Positions 19,277-30,492 are shown, numbered from the stretch's first letter. The stretch: DNA of 37,396 nt from Chrysochromulina tobinii (GCA_001275005.1 JWZX01002977.1:1-37396), one strand, 5' to 3'. A program made the numbers and translations. Notes: generated by a model from the letters alone, not told the origin.

Positions 19277-22200
19277 ATGTCCGACGTACGTGCGACATTC
19301 AAGGATGCGAAAACCGTGGTCATCAAGGTCGGTACGTCGGTCGTGTCTCGGCCCGACGGCACGGTCGCCATCGGCCGCATTGCTTCGGTCGTGGAGCAGA
19401 TCGCGCAGCTGCGCCTGCAGGGCAAGCGCGTGGTGCTCGTCGCGAGCGGAGCGATTGGCGTGGGCTCGACACGGCTCAACGAGCAGGCCGTGCTGTCCAA
19501 GAGCATCCGCGCGCACCTTATCAACCCGACCGGACACAACGGCTCGTCGGCGTCCGCGCGAGCTCGCGCCGCCGCGGGCCAGGGCGGGCTGATGGGCTTG
19601 TACGACACGCTCTTCTCCCAGTATTCGGTCGCGTGCGGCCAGCTGCTCGTGACGGAGCTCGACTTCCAGACCTCCACGCGCAAGGAGCGCTTCTGCGACT
19701 CGCTGCGCTGGCTGCTCGACGCGGGCGGCGTGCCCGTGATCAACGAGAACGACGTGACCGCACGCCCAGAGGAGCGCTCGCTTTTCCGCGATAACGACTC
19801 TCTCGCGGTGCTGATCGCGCTCGAGCTGCAGGCGGACCTGCTGCTGCTGCTCTCGGACGTGTCTGGCGTGTACGCTCGCCAGCCGTGACCGGGAGAGACG
19901 CCCGAGCTTCGGCCCATGGATGATGACCTCTGATTGCCGCTGATTGCGCCCCTCATCAGGTACGCTCGCAAGCCGTTGCCGGGAGAGACGCCCGAGCTTC
20001 TGCCCATAGTGACAAGCAACAGCCTCGCCTCGATCTCCTTTGGCGAAAAGTCCGAACGCGGCCGCGGCGGCATGGAAGCGAAGGTGGAGCCTGATTGCGG
20101 CCTGATTGCGTCTGATTGCGGCTGATTGCGGCTAATTGCGGCGGCATGGAAGCGAAGGTGGAGTCTGATTGCATCCGATTGCATGTAAGTGCTCACCACG
20201 GCGCCACCCCATCTCCCCACAGGTGGAGGCTGCGCTCCAGGCGGCAGAATCGGGCGTCGGCGCCGTCGTGATCGCCTCTGGCTTCGCACAGGTACCACCC
20301 ACCTGCGGACAGTGCTGACAGCCCAGCATGCAAGGGCCCACCACGGCGCCATCGTCCATGCACACCCGGCATGCAAGGGCTCACCACGGCGCCCTCCCGC
20401 CTCCTCTCTTCCCCACAGCTCACCACGGCGCCCTCCCGCCTCCTCTCTTCCCCACAGGAGTCGATTGCCCGTCTCGTTGCCGGTGAAGACCTCGGCACCG
20501 TGTTCCTCGACCACCGGAGCGCCATGGCGAGCAATCTCGCCGCCGAGATCGCCCAGTCTCGGCAGGTAAATGGGTGCCTCTGATGGCCTCCGATGGCCTC
20601 CGACGACGTCTGATGACGTCTGATGACGTCTGATGGCCTCTGATGACCTCTGATGGCAGCCGAGTGCGCAGGCGCAGGCGCAGGCGAGTGCTCACCACGG
20701 CGCCCCCTCCTCTCCCCACAGCCGAGTGCGCAGTCGCAGGCGCAGTCGGCGCGTGCGGCGGCGCGCGCGCTGCAGCTGCTCAGCTACCAGGAGCGCGTGC
20801 ACATATTGAAGGCGATGGCTGATGCGCTCGAGGAGCACGTAAACGAGATCGTAGCTGCCAATCAGGCACGTGCCGTTGATTGCCACTGATTTCCATCGAT
20901 TGCCATTGATTGCCATCGATTGCCATTAAGCGAGATCGTATCTGCCAATCAGGAGGACGTGGCCGCGTTTGCGAGCGCGAGGGAGGCGAATCAGGCAAAG
21001 GAGGGCGGCGACGCGGCGAACAACGCGCTCGCCGAACGACTGCTGCTAACGCCTAAGAAGCTCGGTGACGTGGCATCTGCTCCCTCCTCTGATTGCCTCC
21101 CTCATCAGCCCAAGAAGCTCGGTGACGTGGCATCCGCTCCCTGGGCGCTGATGGCCTACGATGGCCTCTAATGACCTCTGATTGCCTCCCTCATCAGGTG
21201 ACGTGGCCAAGGGCATCCGCTCCCTCGGCGCGCAATCAGATCCACTCGGGCGTACCACGCGTCTCGTCGAGATCTCGCCCGGGCTCGTGCTCGAGCAGGT
21301 TTGATTGCCATTAATTGCGATTGATTACCATTGATTGCCGTCGAGATCTCGCCCGGGCTCGTGCTCGAGCAGGTGTGATTGCCATTGATTGCCACGGATG
21401 GCGCCACCGCTCTCTCTGACGCGATCTCGTCGATATCTCGCGCGATCTCGAGCAGGAGACGGTTCCGATCGGCGTGCTACTCGTCATCTTTGAGAGCCGG
21501 CCGGACGTTCTGCCGCAGGTGTGATCTCCCTTGATTACACTGGATTGCCCTTGATTACTCTTCACACCGTTGAGAGCCGGCCGGACGTTCTGCCGCAGGT
21601 GTGATCTCCCTTGATTACACTGGATTGCCCTTGATTACTCGTCATCTTTGAGAGTCGGCCGGACGTTCTGCCGCAGGTGTGATCTCCCTTGATTACACTG
21701 GATTGCCCTTGGTTACTCTTCACACCGTTGAGAGTCGGCTGGACGTTCTGCCGCAGGTGGCGGCGCTTGCGGTGGCGAGTGGCAATGGTGTGCTGCTCAA
21801 GGGCGGCAAGGAGGCACTACGCACCAACACGGTGCTTCACAAGGTGCTGTCCGCGCCCCTCCATGAGCGTCTGATTGCGCCTGATTGCGCCTGATTGCAT
21901 CTGATTGCATCTGATTGCCTCCATCATCAGGTGCTGTCCGCCGCCATCGAGCGGTCGAGTGCTGGTCGGGTGGGCGGGAGCGTGCTCGGGTTTGTGGAGG
22001 GGCGGGAGGCCATCGCCCAGCTGCTACGCCTCCATAAGGACATCGACCTCGTGATCCCTCGCGGCTCGAACGCGATGGTGCAGCACATCATGAGCTCCAC
22101 GCGCATCCCAACCCTCGGCCACGCCGACGGCATTTGCCACCTGTACGTGGACGCGGCCGCGGATCTTGAGAAGGCGATCGCGCTCACGATCGACGCGAAG

Positions 22201-22877
22201 AAGGACTACCCGGCCGCATGCAACGCAATCGAGACGTTACTCATCCACGAGTCGCTCCTTGGCAGCGGCGCGGCGAAGCGCCTTGTGGAAGCGGTCCTCG
22301 ACGCGCAAGTCACCCTGTACGGCGGCCCCAAAGCGGTCGTCGCCTTCGGCTTGCCGCCCGCCGCCTCGTTGCGCGTCGAGTATGGGGCGCTCGCGATGGC
22401 GGTCGAGCTTGTGCCCTCTGTGCAGGTGAGTGTCGTTAATTGCCTCTGATGGCCTCTGATGGCCTCTGATGACCTCTGATGGCCACTGATGGCCGCTGAT
22501 TGCATCTGATGGCGGTCGAGCTCATGCCCTCGTTGCAGGCGGCCATCGAGCACGTCAACGCGCACGGCTCCGGGCACACCGACGTCATAGTGACGGAGGA
22601 CCCGAGGGCGGCACAGACCTTCCTAAACGGGGTCGACTCGGCCGACGTTTTCCACAACGCGTCGTCCCGGTTCGCAGACGGCTTCCGGCTTGGGCTAGGC
22701 GCCGAGGTGGGCATCTCGACCTCGCGCATCCACGCACGAGGACCTGTGGGTGTGGAAGGGCTGCTCACCACGCGTAACCGCCTCATCTCCGATTCGTCAC
22801 ACCTCGTGGGAGAGTTCCACTCGGGCAAGAAGAAGTACACGCACCGCAATCTCCTCGTGCCACAGTCGCGGCTGTAG
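19277..22877 (+). CDS. P5CS: Bifunctional delta-1-pyrroline-5-carboxylate synthase (glutamate 5-kinase + gamma-glutamyl phosphate reductase), 11 exons
   Basis: [38 protein letters not shown], then [68 protein letters not shown]. Exons 19277-19869, 19960-20083, 20223-20291, 20458-20565, 20722-20865 (GC donor), 20953-21064, 21198-21298, 21456-21518, 21757-21843, 21931-22425, 22539-22877. Confidence 0.95.
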
Positions 22878-22907
22878 ACTGAGGCGCCGTCACGGCCGAC
22901 GCAGAAG

Positions 22908-23097
22908 AATGACGTCAAGTGCATGCATGCCCCATGCAGCTTCATAATGACGCCAAGTGCATGCATGCTCCATGCAGCTTCATAATGACGCCAAATGCAT
23001 GCATGCCCCATGCAGCTTCATAATGACGCCAAGTGCATGCATGCCCCATGCAGCTTCATAATGACGCCAAATGCATGCATGCTCCATGCAGCTTCAT
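22908..23097. repeat. 38-bp minisatellite, 5 copies
   Basis: AATGACGCCAA(G/A)TGCATGCATGC(C/T)CCATGCAGCTTCAT starting at 22908, 22946, 22984, 23022 and 23060, with no spacers. Confidence 0.95.
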
Positions 23098-23952
23098 GAA
23101 CATCTACTGTAAGGCCCAGGCATGAGGCCGGGCATGAGGCCGGGCAAGAGGCCAGAGCAAGAGGCCAGAGCACACAGTCGCTCGGCATGGGAGAGCCATA
23201 TGTGCTTACAGCATACCCGTTTATGGTTTGAGAGAGGCGCAAAGTGGAAGCTGTTCAAGGACGAGCACGTGTCATCGGATCGCGCGTGATTGGCACTGCA
23301 CTTGCGAGATGGTGGAGATGGCGCCGTGAGGAGTGTGTGCTGCGCTGCTGTCAGTGAGTGCATGTGTGAGTGCGACCTGTTTGGCGCTGGCGGGCCTGGC
23401 GCTAACGTGGCAACTTCCCTACTACCGGGTCCGCTTGTTGGCCGAAGCAGATTACACCGGTCACCGCCGACCGCGCGTGCGGTGCAACTGTCGGTGTTTT
23501 ATGTCGGCTCGGTACCATCAACCATCGAAGTTGCAAGTTCGAACCAACATGACTCCGTTACGCTGTGTAGCGATCATGGTAGCGATGTCGGAGCGTTAAC
23601 TGAAGAGGACACGCCGCGTATGGTCGCTTGTCTTGCTCGGACACACCTTAGGTCTCCGCATAAACCAAAGGCGTGAAACTCCACATATCTCGGAGAGCGG
23701 ATCGACGACCGTCCTGGGGACCTGGGCTCTCACTGACACCGCACCCGCACACCCATCTGCGCGGCGCGCGCTGGGTCCCTACTGTACACAGCACGCCCAC
23801 ACAGTGTCCCAGATCACGAGAGAGCCCTGTGCCTGCCCCTCGCCCTGTCCACCCCTGGATACACCCCTGGATCGTCCCTGCCGGTGGAGACATCTGCCGG
23901 CGCCTTGATTGGCAGTGGGTCGGATCTCGGTTGAGCTCGGGTTGAGCTCGGC

Positions 23953-26795
23953 TTACCTCGAGTGGTCGAAGGAGAAGTTGGCGGCGGGCATGGCCATGAC
24001 AGAGCCGAGGTCCGCAAGCATCCCGGCCTTGTGCGAGCGCGTGCGCGCCAGCAGCCGGTCGAAGACATATGCGGACGTCTGCACCTTGGCGTTGTAAAAA
24101 TCAGGCTCCTCGTCGCCGCCCTTGGCGAGCGAGTGCACGGCCGCCTGCTCCATTCGCAGCCAGTGGGCCGCCAGGGTGACCCAGCCAGAGTACCTGTGGG
24201 CAAGGGAAGCGAGGGCGCCGTGGTGGGCACATGCATGCGGCTCTCCTGACGGCGCGCGACGGCGCCGTGGTGGGCACATGCATGCAGCTCTCGCTGACGG
24301 AGCGCGCGTGTGGCGCCGTGGTGGGCGCGCGCACATGAGGTAGTCGACGCTCGCCGACGAGATCCACTCTTTATCCTTCGTCGAGCGGAACGCGACTCGG
24401 TACGTGAGGTACTGCCACTCGAGCGTGTGGTAGAAGAGGGACCAAGCACGTCCACGGAGCCCCGCGTTGCCCGAGGTGAGCAGCGGCATGCATAGCGCAC
24501 GCAGCTCGCCGCAGTGCTCGCCGATGGGCTTGAGCTTCTGTGAATGTGAATAAGCTCGCACGCTCGACCAGAGGCTCGGTCAGAGGGAGATCAAGGGAGA
24601 TCAAGGGAGCATGAGGAGATCGAAATGAGCTCGAAATGAGATCGAAAGGAGATCAAAGGAGATCGCACCTGCAGCAGGATCTTACGGCCGAGGAGATCGA
24701 GCGCCTGGATTTGGGTCGTGCCCTCCCAGAGCGACGCGATACGAACGTCGCGGAACACCTGAGGTCATCAGCGGTTATCAGCGGTCATCAGCGGTCATCA
24801 GCAGTCATCAGTGGCCATCAGAGGTCATCGGCGGTCATCAGCGGTCATCACCTGCTCGGCCTTGTTGTCCTTGATGTAGCCGTGCCCACCGTAGGCCTGG
24901 ATGCCAAGGTCGGCGGCCTCCTTGCCAGCCTCGGTGAGAAAGCCTTTGAGGATAGGCGTCAGGAACGCGAGGCGCTCATCGACCTGATTGCATGCACAAT
25001 TTGGATCGAGCACGCATGCAATCAGAGGCAATTCGAGGCCATGAGAGGCCATTCGAGGCCATTCGAGGCCATGAGAGGCCAGAGGCCATCAGAGGCATCA
25101 GACCGTACCTCCTTCGCGCCCTTGTGATCGCCAGCGCGCTCGCAGTCCGTCATCTTGTCGACGAGCTTGGCGCATTCGTACACCATCGAGCGCCCCCCCT
25201 CGGAGACCGCCTTTTGGAACAGGAGCATCGTGCGCACCTGCATGCACTCGTGAGGGAGGGCACTCAGCATGCAGCTTGGACGGAGACCGCCGTTATGGAA
25301 CCAAGTTTGGGACGGAGACCGCCGTTATGGAACCAAGTTTGGGACGGAGACCGCCTTTTGGGAACCAAGTTTGGGACGGAGACCGCCTTTTGGGAACCAA
25401 GTTTGGGACGGAAACCGAAGCATCGTGCGCACCGACGGATGATGAATGATCGAGTCGGCGACATGCTCGGGGTCCTTGGCGCCCGACAGCGCGCGCATCG
25501 AGCGACGCTCCTTGCAGTACCAGAGCGAGTTTTGGAACGCAAGTTCGGCCGCCGCCACGCCCTGTGCCGCGGTGGGGAAAGGGTAGGGCGCCGTGGTGAG
25601 CACTTGCATGCAAGGCAGAGAGGTCTCCACGCGCTGCCTCCACCTGGACCGCGGTGCCGCCGCAATCAGTCGCAATCAGCCGCAATCAGACTCCACCTGG
25701 ACCGCGGTGCCCACGCGCGACGTGTTGATGAACGTAAACATGTGATTGAGCCCGCGGTTCTCCGTACCAATGAGCCACCCTTGGGCGTCTTCGAACTCAA
25801 TCTGGCAATGAGAGGCAATTGGAGGCAATGAGCGGCAATTGGAGGCAATGAGCCACCCTTGGGCGTCTTCGAACTCAATCTGGTACGAGGTCATCAGAGG
25901 CCATCAGAGGCCATAGAGGCCAGTCCCTCACCTGGCACGTGGGCGAGCCATGGCAACCCATCTTATCCTCAATGCGGCTGGTCGTGACGCCGTTGAAGTC
26001 GCCCACCGCGCCGTCCGCGTACTGCTTCTTCGGCACGAGGAACAGGGAGATCCCCTTGGTGCCCGCAGGTGCGCCCGGCAGGCGCGCGAGCACGCAGTGC
26101 ACGATGTTCTCGGTCATGTCGTGCTCGCCGCACGAGATGAAGATCTTGGTGCCGTTAATCTTGTAGCTGCCGTCGCCGTTGGGCTTGGCGTTCGTCGTCA
26201 CCTGCCCAAGGTCCGAGCCGCACTGGGGCTCCGTCAGGCACATGGTGCCCGTAAACTCGCCGGAGACGAGCGGCGGGAGCCACTTTTGCTTCAGCTCGTC
26301 AGTCGCGTGGGCGATGATCGTGTTGATCGCGCCCTTGGAGAGGCCGGGGAACATGGTGAACGTCCAGTTCGCCGTCGCCGTCATCTCCGACTGGATCAGT
26401 GCCATCGACATGGGCAGGCCCTGACCGCCCCACTCCTCGGGGTAGGCGAGGCCCTGCCAGCCGCTCTCGCAAAAGAGCTCGTACGCCTCCTTGTAGCCCT
26501 TCGGCGTCTTGACGGTCGTGCCGTTGATCCACGTGCAGCCTTCGCGGTCGCCGTTGGCCCAAATCGGCGCGAGCTCGTTCTCGCACAGCGTCTTCGTCGC
26601 GTCGATGACCATGTCGATTGTCTCGCGGTCCGCGGCAGCCGCGTGCTTGAGCGTCGTGTAGTGCTTGTCGAACTTGTGGACATCGTAGATGAGGAACCGC
26701 ATGTCGCGCGCGGGTACCTGATACCCGCGCGTCATCACGCGCGTGGCCACGGCGCTCGCATGCCGCGTGGCGCGTTGCAGCCGGCTCGCCCGCAT
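23953..26795 (-). CDS. Acyl-CoA dehydrogenase, long bacterial-type (FadE/DmdC-like) with C-terminal extension, probably mitochondrial, 8 exons
   Basis: Arg/Ala/Thr-rich presequence. Y..P.RDMRF, GGQGLP, GTMCLTEPQCGSDLG, NGTKIFIS.GEHD, EDKMG.HGS.TC, GGHGY, RI..LWEGT.QIQALDLLGRK, FY.AK. Exons 26795-25932, 25801-25697, 25561-25433, 25237-25109, 24983-24852, 24758-24669, 24537-24335, 24193-23953. Confidence 0.93.
25277..25412. repeat. Intronic ~31-bp tandem repeat derived from the adjacent exon
   Basis: About 4 copies of GGACGGAGACCGCC(GTTA/TTTT)(T/G)GGAACCAAGTTTG. The core CGGAGACCGCCTTTTGGAAC is also in the exon at 25201-25220. Confidence 0.85.
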
Positions 26796-26917
26796 TGGCG
26801 ATCGAGACCTCCCCTTGATGACGAAGGCGTTTCCTCAAAACGAATATTCAGATTTTCTGCGTCTCCCGTTGATGACGGCGACGGCGATCGCGAAATACGA
26901 GCTCACCGGGAAACGGT

Positions 26918-27874
26918 TCAACTACAATCTACAACGGTGTCCGCGCCCGCTGCATGTGCAAACCTGCACCCTTCGCCCCGTGTGCACTCGCCCTTTTGGA
27001 ACGCGAAGCACACGAGAGTCTGGCGGGCCGGCCTCGCGTCACGCGGCTTGCCAGGGGCCGACCACGTGTACTGATCCGGGTTGGCCTTATTGGGGTCGTG
27101 CACGGTGACGCCGAGCGCGGCGAGCGTCGCCTTGACGCGGTCGGCGGCTTCATAGTCGCCCGCGGTGCGCAGTGCTTTGCGTTCAGCCACCAACGCTTCG
27201 ATCTTGGTCACATCGAGCTTTTGAGCCTGGACCCACGGCGTAGGGCAGCTGCGCGACGTGTGGCCCGACTGGCCACACGCATAGCACGACCCCTCACTCA
27301 TCTTGGGCACGGGGCACGCGGTGCTCAGGTGGCCCTGCTTGCCACAGTTGAAACATTTCGTCGCACTCGCACTCACAACCTTCTTCTCGGGCGTCTGCGG
27401 GCAGTCGCGCGAGAGATGCCCTTCTTGGCCGCACACGAAGCAAGCGGTCGAGCCTTGCGGCAGAGGGCAGCTGGCGGACGGGTGGCCCTTCTTGCCGCAA
27501 TTGAAGCAGCGCGTTTGGGCCGCCGACTTGATGTCGGCCAAACGGCTCGGCTTGGCCACAAATCCACTCGCGCGCACCACGTCGGGCTCGACCCCGGCGG
27601 CGCGCAGCTCCTCACGGAGGCGGTCGGCGGTGACAAAGTCCTTGGAGCGCTTTGCACTAACCCACATGTCGAGCTTCGCCTCGGTCTCCGCGTCGTGCAG
27701 CGTAGGCGGCTGTTGTCCAGGCTTCCCACGCTTGGCTTCAATGCACACGTCGCAGCGCACCTTGGCGGGAAAGCCCTTTGCCTCGAAGAAATGCTGCTCC
27801 TTGGCCGTGAAGACAAAGTCGCTTGAGCAGACTTTGCACGTGAGCGTCATGTCCACCGGCCGCGTGCGCTTCAT
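26918..27874 (-). CDS. Multi-zinc-finger nucleic-acid-binding protein (zinc ribbon, 4 CCHC knuckles, CCCH finger, 2 CysRS C-terminal-like helical repeats)
   Basis: CKVC..F.FT..EQ.FF..KGF....RC..C. Four C-x2-C-x4-H-x4-C knuckles. C-x7-C-x5-C-x3-H at the C-terminus. KDF.TAD.LR.EL.A.GV and GDY.AAD.VK.TL.ALGV.VHD. Confidence 0.9.
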   Translation of the reverse strand: MKRTRPVDMTLTCKVCSSDFVFTAKEQHFFEAKGFPAKVRCDVCIEAKRGKPGQQPPTLHDAETEAKLDMWVSAKRSKDFVTADRLREELRAAGVEPDVVRASGFVAKPSRLADIKSAAQTRCFNCGKKGHPSASCPLPQGSTACFVCGQEGHLSRDCPQTPEKKVVSASATKCFNCGKQGHLSTACPVPKMSEGSCYACGQSGHTSRSCPTPWVQAQKLDVTKIEALVAERKALRTAGDYEAADRVKATLAALGVTVHDPNKANPDQYTWSAPGKPRDARPARQTLVCFAFQKGECTRGEGCRFAHAAGADTVVDCS

Positions 27875-28213
27875 GTCAACCGGCCCTCGTGGCTCCGTGT
27901 CTCACAAGCCGTTTTCAGAGCAAAGCAGAGCTGAACGGAGATTTATCCATAAACCGTTTCGTGACTTGATCTACTCTGCACTCTCACCACTCCTCGTACC
28001 AATCATGCCGCTGGAGTGAGACCACTTGGACGCAAGCAACACAGCACCATCAAGGCGTACCACAACGCGCAACAGGCCGACTAGCATCCGTGATTAACCG
28101 TGTCCGTCGCCGCTCCTCTCAAAGAAGCGAAATGCCGGTTCCCCAACGCAAGGAAAGCTCAAAGCACGTGCAACGTGCAACAAGCCGAGCCGGCTGCCGG
28201 CCGGTGCCGTGAT

Positions 28214-29131
28214 TTACATTTCTTCGTATTTGGTGCCGAAGGCCTTCTCGAATTTCTCCTTCTCGCTGATGTACTCACTCGCTCCGAGATTTGACCTCTT
28301 CCGGAAGGCCGCGCGGCTGAGGTTCTTGTCGAGCAGAGCGAAGGCGTCTTCTCCCATCGCCTCTAAGGACTGCATGCCGCGCTTGCCCTTGGCGGCGAGG
28401 GCAACGGTCTCGCGCGAGAGGCCGTCCACGAACTCGTCGTAGTTGATCTCGCCGTTCTTGTCGGTGTCGATCAGGTCGATCATGTCCTTGATTTGCTGGT
28501 CGGTCATGTTTAAGTTTGCTCCCCTCAAGAACTTGTCGAATTCCTTGACGCCAATCGTGCCGCTGCCGTCCTTGTCGAGATGCTGGAATGCCTTGCGGAT
28601 GTTGCCGAACTTGACGTGGACCTGCTGCTCGGCCGCCGCCCTGAGAGCCTCCGCTTCCTTCTTGCGCTTGGCCACCGCCTCCTTGATCGCCTTGAGCTCA
28701 TCATCGTCCGTGATATCTTCCTTCTTTTCGACGGCCGTGATGGACTCGAGTTTTCCGGGCATCACGGGGCCGGTGTTCCTGCCGTTGCCCGTCGATGGCT
28801 TGAACCCTGGGTAGAAGGGCTCGTTGGTGAACGGCGGGTAGTTGGCCAACGAGCGGGGGCTCATGGCCCGTGGGCTGAGCGGGTTCAAGCCGCGCCGCGT
28901 GGGCGCGAGAAAGTTGCCCATCTGACGAGGCGACGAGATGAGCTGGCGCGGCGACATGGCCATCTGCTGGCGTGGCGACATGGGCGCGAGAGAGCCCCGC
29001 GGGGAACCTCCCGACATGGGCGTCAACGTCCGGCGTGCGTTGATGAGCGCCACGTGCTTCTCCCACCACTGGCGCTGTGCGAGCGAGTCCCCGGTGCTCT
29101 CGTGCCAAACGGTGGAGATAGAGGACGACAT
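28214..29131 (-). CDS. EF-hand calcium-binding protein with an SPR-repeat N-terminal region
   Basis: EF loops DKDGSGTIGVKE and DTDKNGEINYDE. About six SPR motifs upstream. Confidence 0.85.
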   Translation of the reverse strand: MSSSISTVWHESTGDSLAQRQWWEKHVALINARRTLTPMSGGSPRGSLAPMSPRQQMAMSPRQLISSPRQMGNFLAPTRRGLNPLSPRAMSPRSLANYPPFTNEPFYPGFKPSTGNGRNTGPVMPGKLESITAVEKKEDITDDDELKAIKEAVAKRKKEAEALRAAAEQQVHVKFGNIRKAFQHLDKDGSGTIGVKEFDKFLRGANLNMTDQQIKDMIDLIDTDKNGEINYDEFVDGLSRETVALAAKGKRGMQSLEAMGEDAFALLDKNLSRAAFRKRSNLGASEYISEKEKFEKAFGTKYEEM

Positions 29132-29814
29132 GGCTTCAACTCGCTCGACGACGAAAGGCGGGGCGCTGGAAAGACGGCGAACAGACCCCTAATCGCGAGG
29201 TGGTCGGGTTCTCAATTCTGTTCACCGAGCGCCGTTGCAGTTACCGGTACCGATGTATGTGTTGTTTCATCGCGAATCTCTCGCGGTGAGGGGGGGGTGG
29301 AGATGCGCGACGACTTTGGTGTGTGACGTCCGCGGCGGCGACGGGCGATCCACCTATCCCCTCTGGTCGCCCCGCGGCGCGTGCGGGACCTGCGTCCTGC
29401 CGAGGCCGGCCGTTGGCGTTGCAAATCGCGCAAGGGGCTGGTTCACTCTGGCCCCCTACAAGTATCACCCTCACCCTGGGCTGGTGTCACCCTTATAGCC
29501 GTTGGTGGGTGGGAAGGGGGGCACGGTTAGGGACCACCACTTAGAGTCCGTTGGACCGGGTCCTGCATCCCCTGAGTGACGTCCGCCGCAAGGCCGGGGG
29601 CGTCTTCTCGACCCCCGGCGATCGCGCGCGCGCAGGCCGGGCTCAGCGGGAGCGCAACCACTGTCAATTTCCTCGGCTAGACTGGCCGTTCCAGTGAGGC
29701 CAAGGTGTGAGAGCCCTGGTGAGAGCGGCGAAGATGTCATCTGCCGCGCGGTGCCCCAATAATGGTTAATGCCAAAAAGCCCCAAAACCGACCAGGAGGA
29801 GCAGCATATTTGCC

Positions 29815-30100
29815 CGGGCCGGTTAACATTTGCGTAAATTGCGTATTGCTACGATTGCGGACGCATCCAAGCACCAATACGCAATACGCAATACGCAATA
29901 CGCAATGCTGAGTCAAAGCGGCGGCGAACGTAGAAAATCGTCGGAACCGGTACGGGTACCATGACGGGTACGCGGAAGGCAAAACGCAATACGAAATATA
30001 CACACCCAGTCAAATTGTGTTGCGTAATATGCGAAATGCTGCCTCAATACGCAATGTCTCAATACGCAATGTCTCAATACGCTGCGTATGTGTACCTCAC
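29815..30100. repeat. CAATACG(C) repeat cluster, possible MITE or non-autonomous DNA transposon relic
   Basis: AT-richer island with CAATACG in tandem at ~29875-29905, 29987 and 30045-30082, and inverted (GCGTATTG) at 29841. Ends are only weakly inverted. Confidence 0.4.
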
Positions 30101-30156
30101 ATCTCTCTACGTTTCCACTGAGGAATGTCTAGCTCTCTCAGGAGTAATTCTCAATC

Positions 30157-30492
30157 TCAAAAGAACTGCGCGAAGAGTGACGGCGAGGCTGGGTTTGGAT
30201 CGATGAGCTTGATGAGTTCAACAACAGCACAAAAGATCACCGATACCGTAAGCGATGCGCCAAGAGAGCCGGTGGATGTCTTCATGTCAAAGATGAGAAA
30301 CTTGTCAGGCATGACTCCCGCACCCTTTTCTTTGACACTCGGTGGCTCGGCAGGCTCCTCGTTCATGGACAAGTGCGCCCGAGCATTGGTTTGGACTCCG
30401 CGCATGACGCCACCACGTAACGGCGAGAGCACGAGGGCATGCGCCGATTGCAGGACGGCCACGGCCACAAGAAGCCTTAGGCGGGTGCCCAT
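30157..30492 (-). CDS. Small putative plastid-targeted membrane protein
   Basis: Signal peptide (MGTRLRLLVAVAVLQSAHA-L), Arg-rich transit-like segment ending HLSM, then one hydrophobic helix (LGASLTVSVIFCAVVELI). Confidence 0.65.
   Translation of the reverse strand: MGTRLRLLVAVAVLQSAHALVLSPLRGGVMRGVQTNARAHLSMNEEPAEPPSVKEKGAGVMPDKFLIFDMKTSTGSLGASLTVSVIFCAVVELIKLIDPNPASPSLFAQFF

Noticed and set aside
18434..19888. 484-aa ORF as a single N-terminally extended glutamate kinase
   Set aside because: The first ~280 codons are mostly the antisense shadow of the pLGIC exon plus intergenic DNA. Kinase homology starts at ATG 19277.
22908..23097. CRISPR-like array (38-bp repeats)
   Set aside because: The units abut with no unique spacers, no cas genes are present, and the context is eukaryotic.
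25277..25412. CRISPR-like ~31-bp repeats
   Set aside because: No spacers. The repeat lies inside an intron and derives from the adjacent exon.
8778..26795. Osmolyte/stress gene cluster (GT8, P5CS, DmdC-like enzyme, ion channel)
   Set aside because: Substrates are unknown and unrelated genes are interspersed. Nothing in the sequence shows co-regulation.
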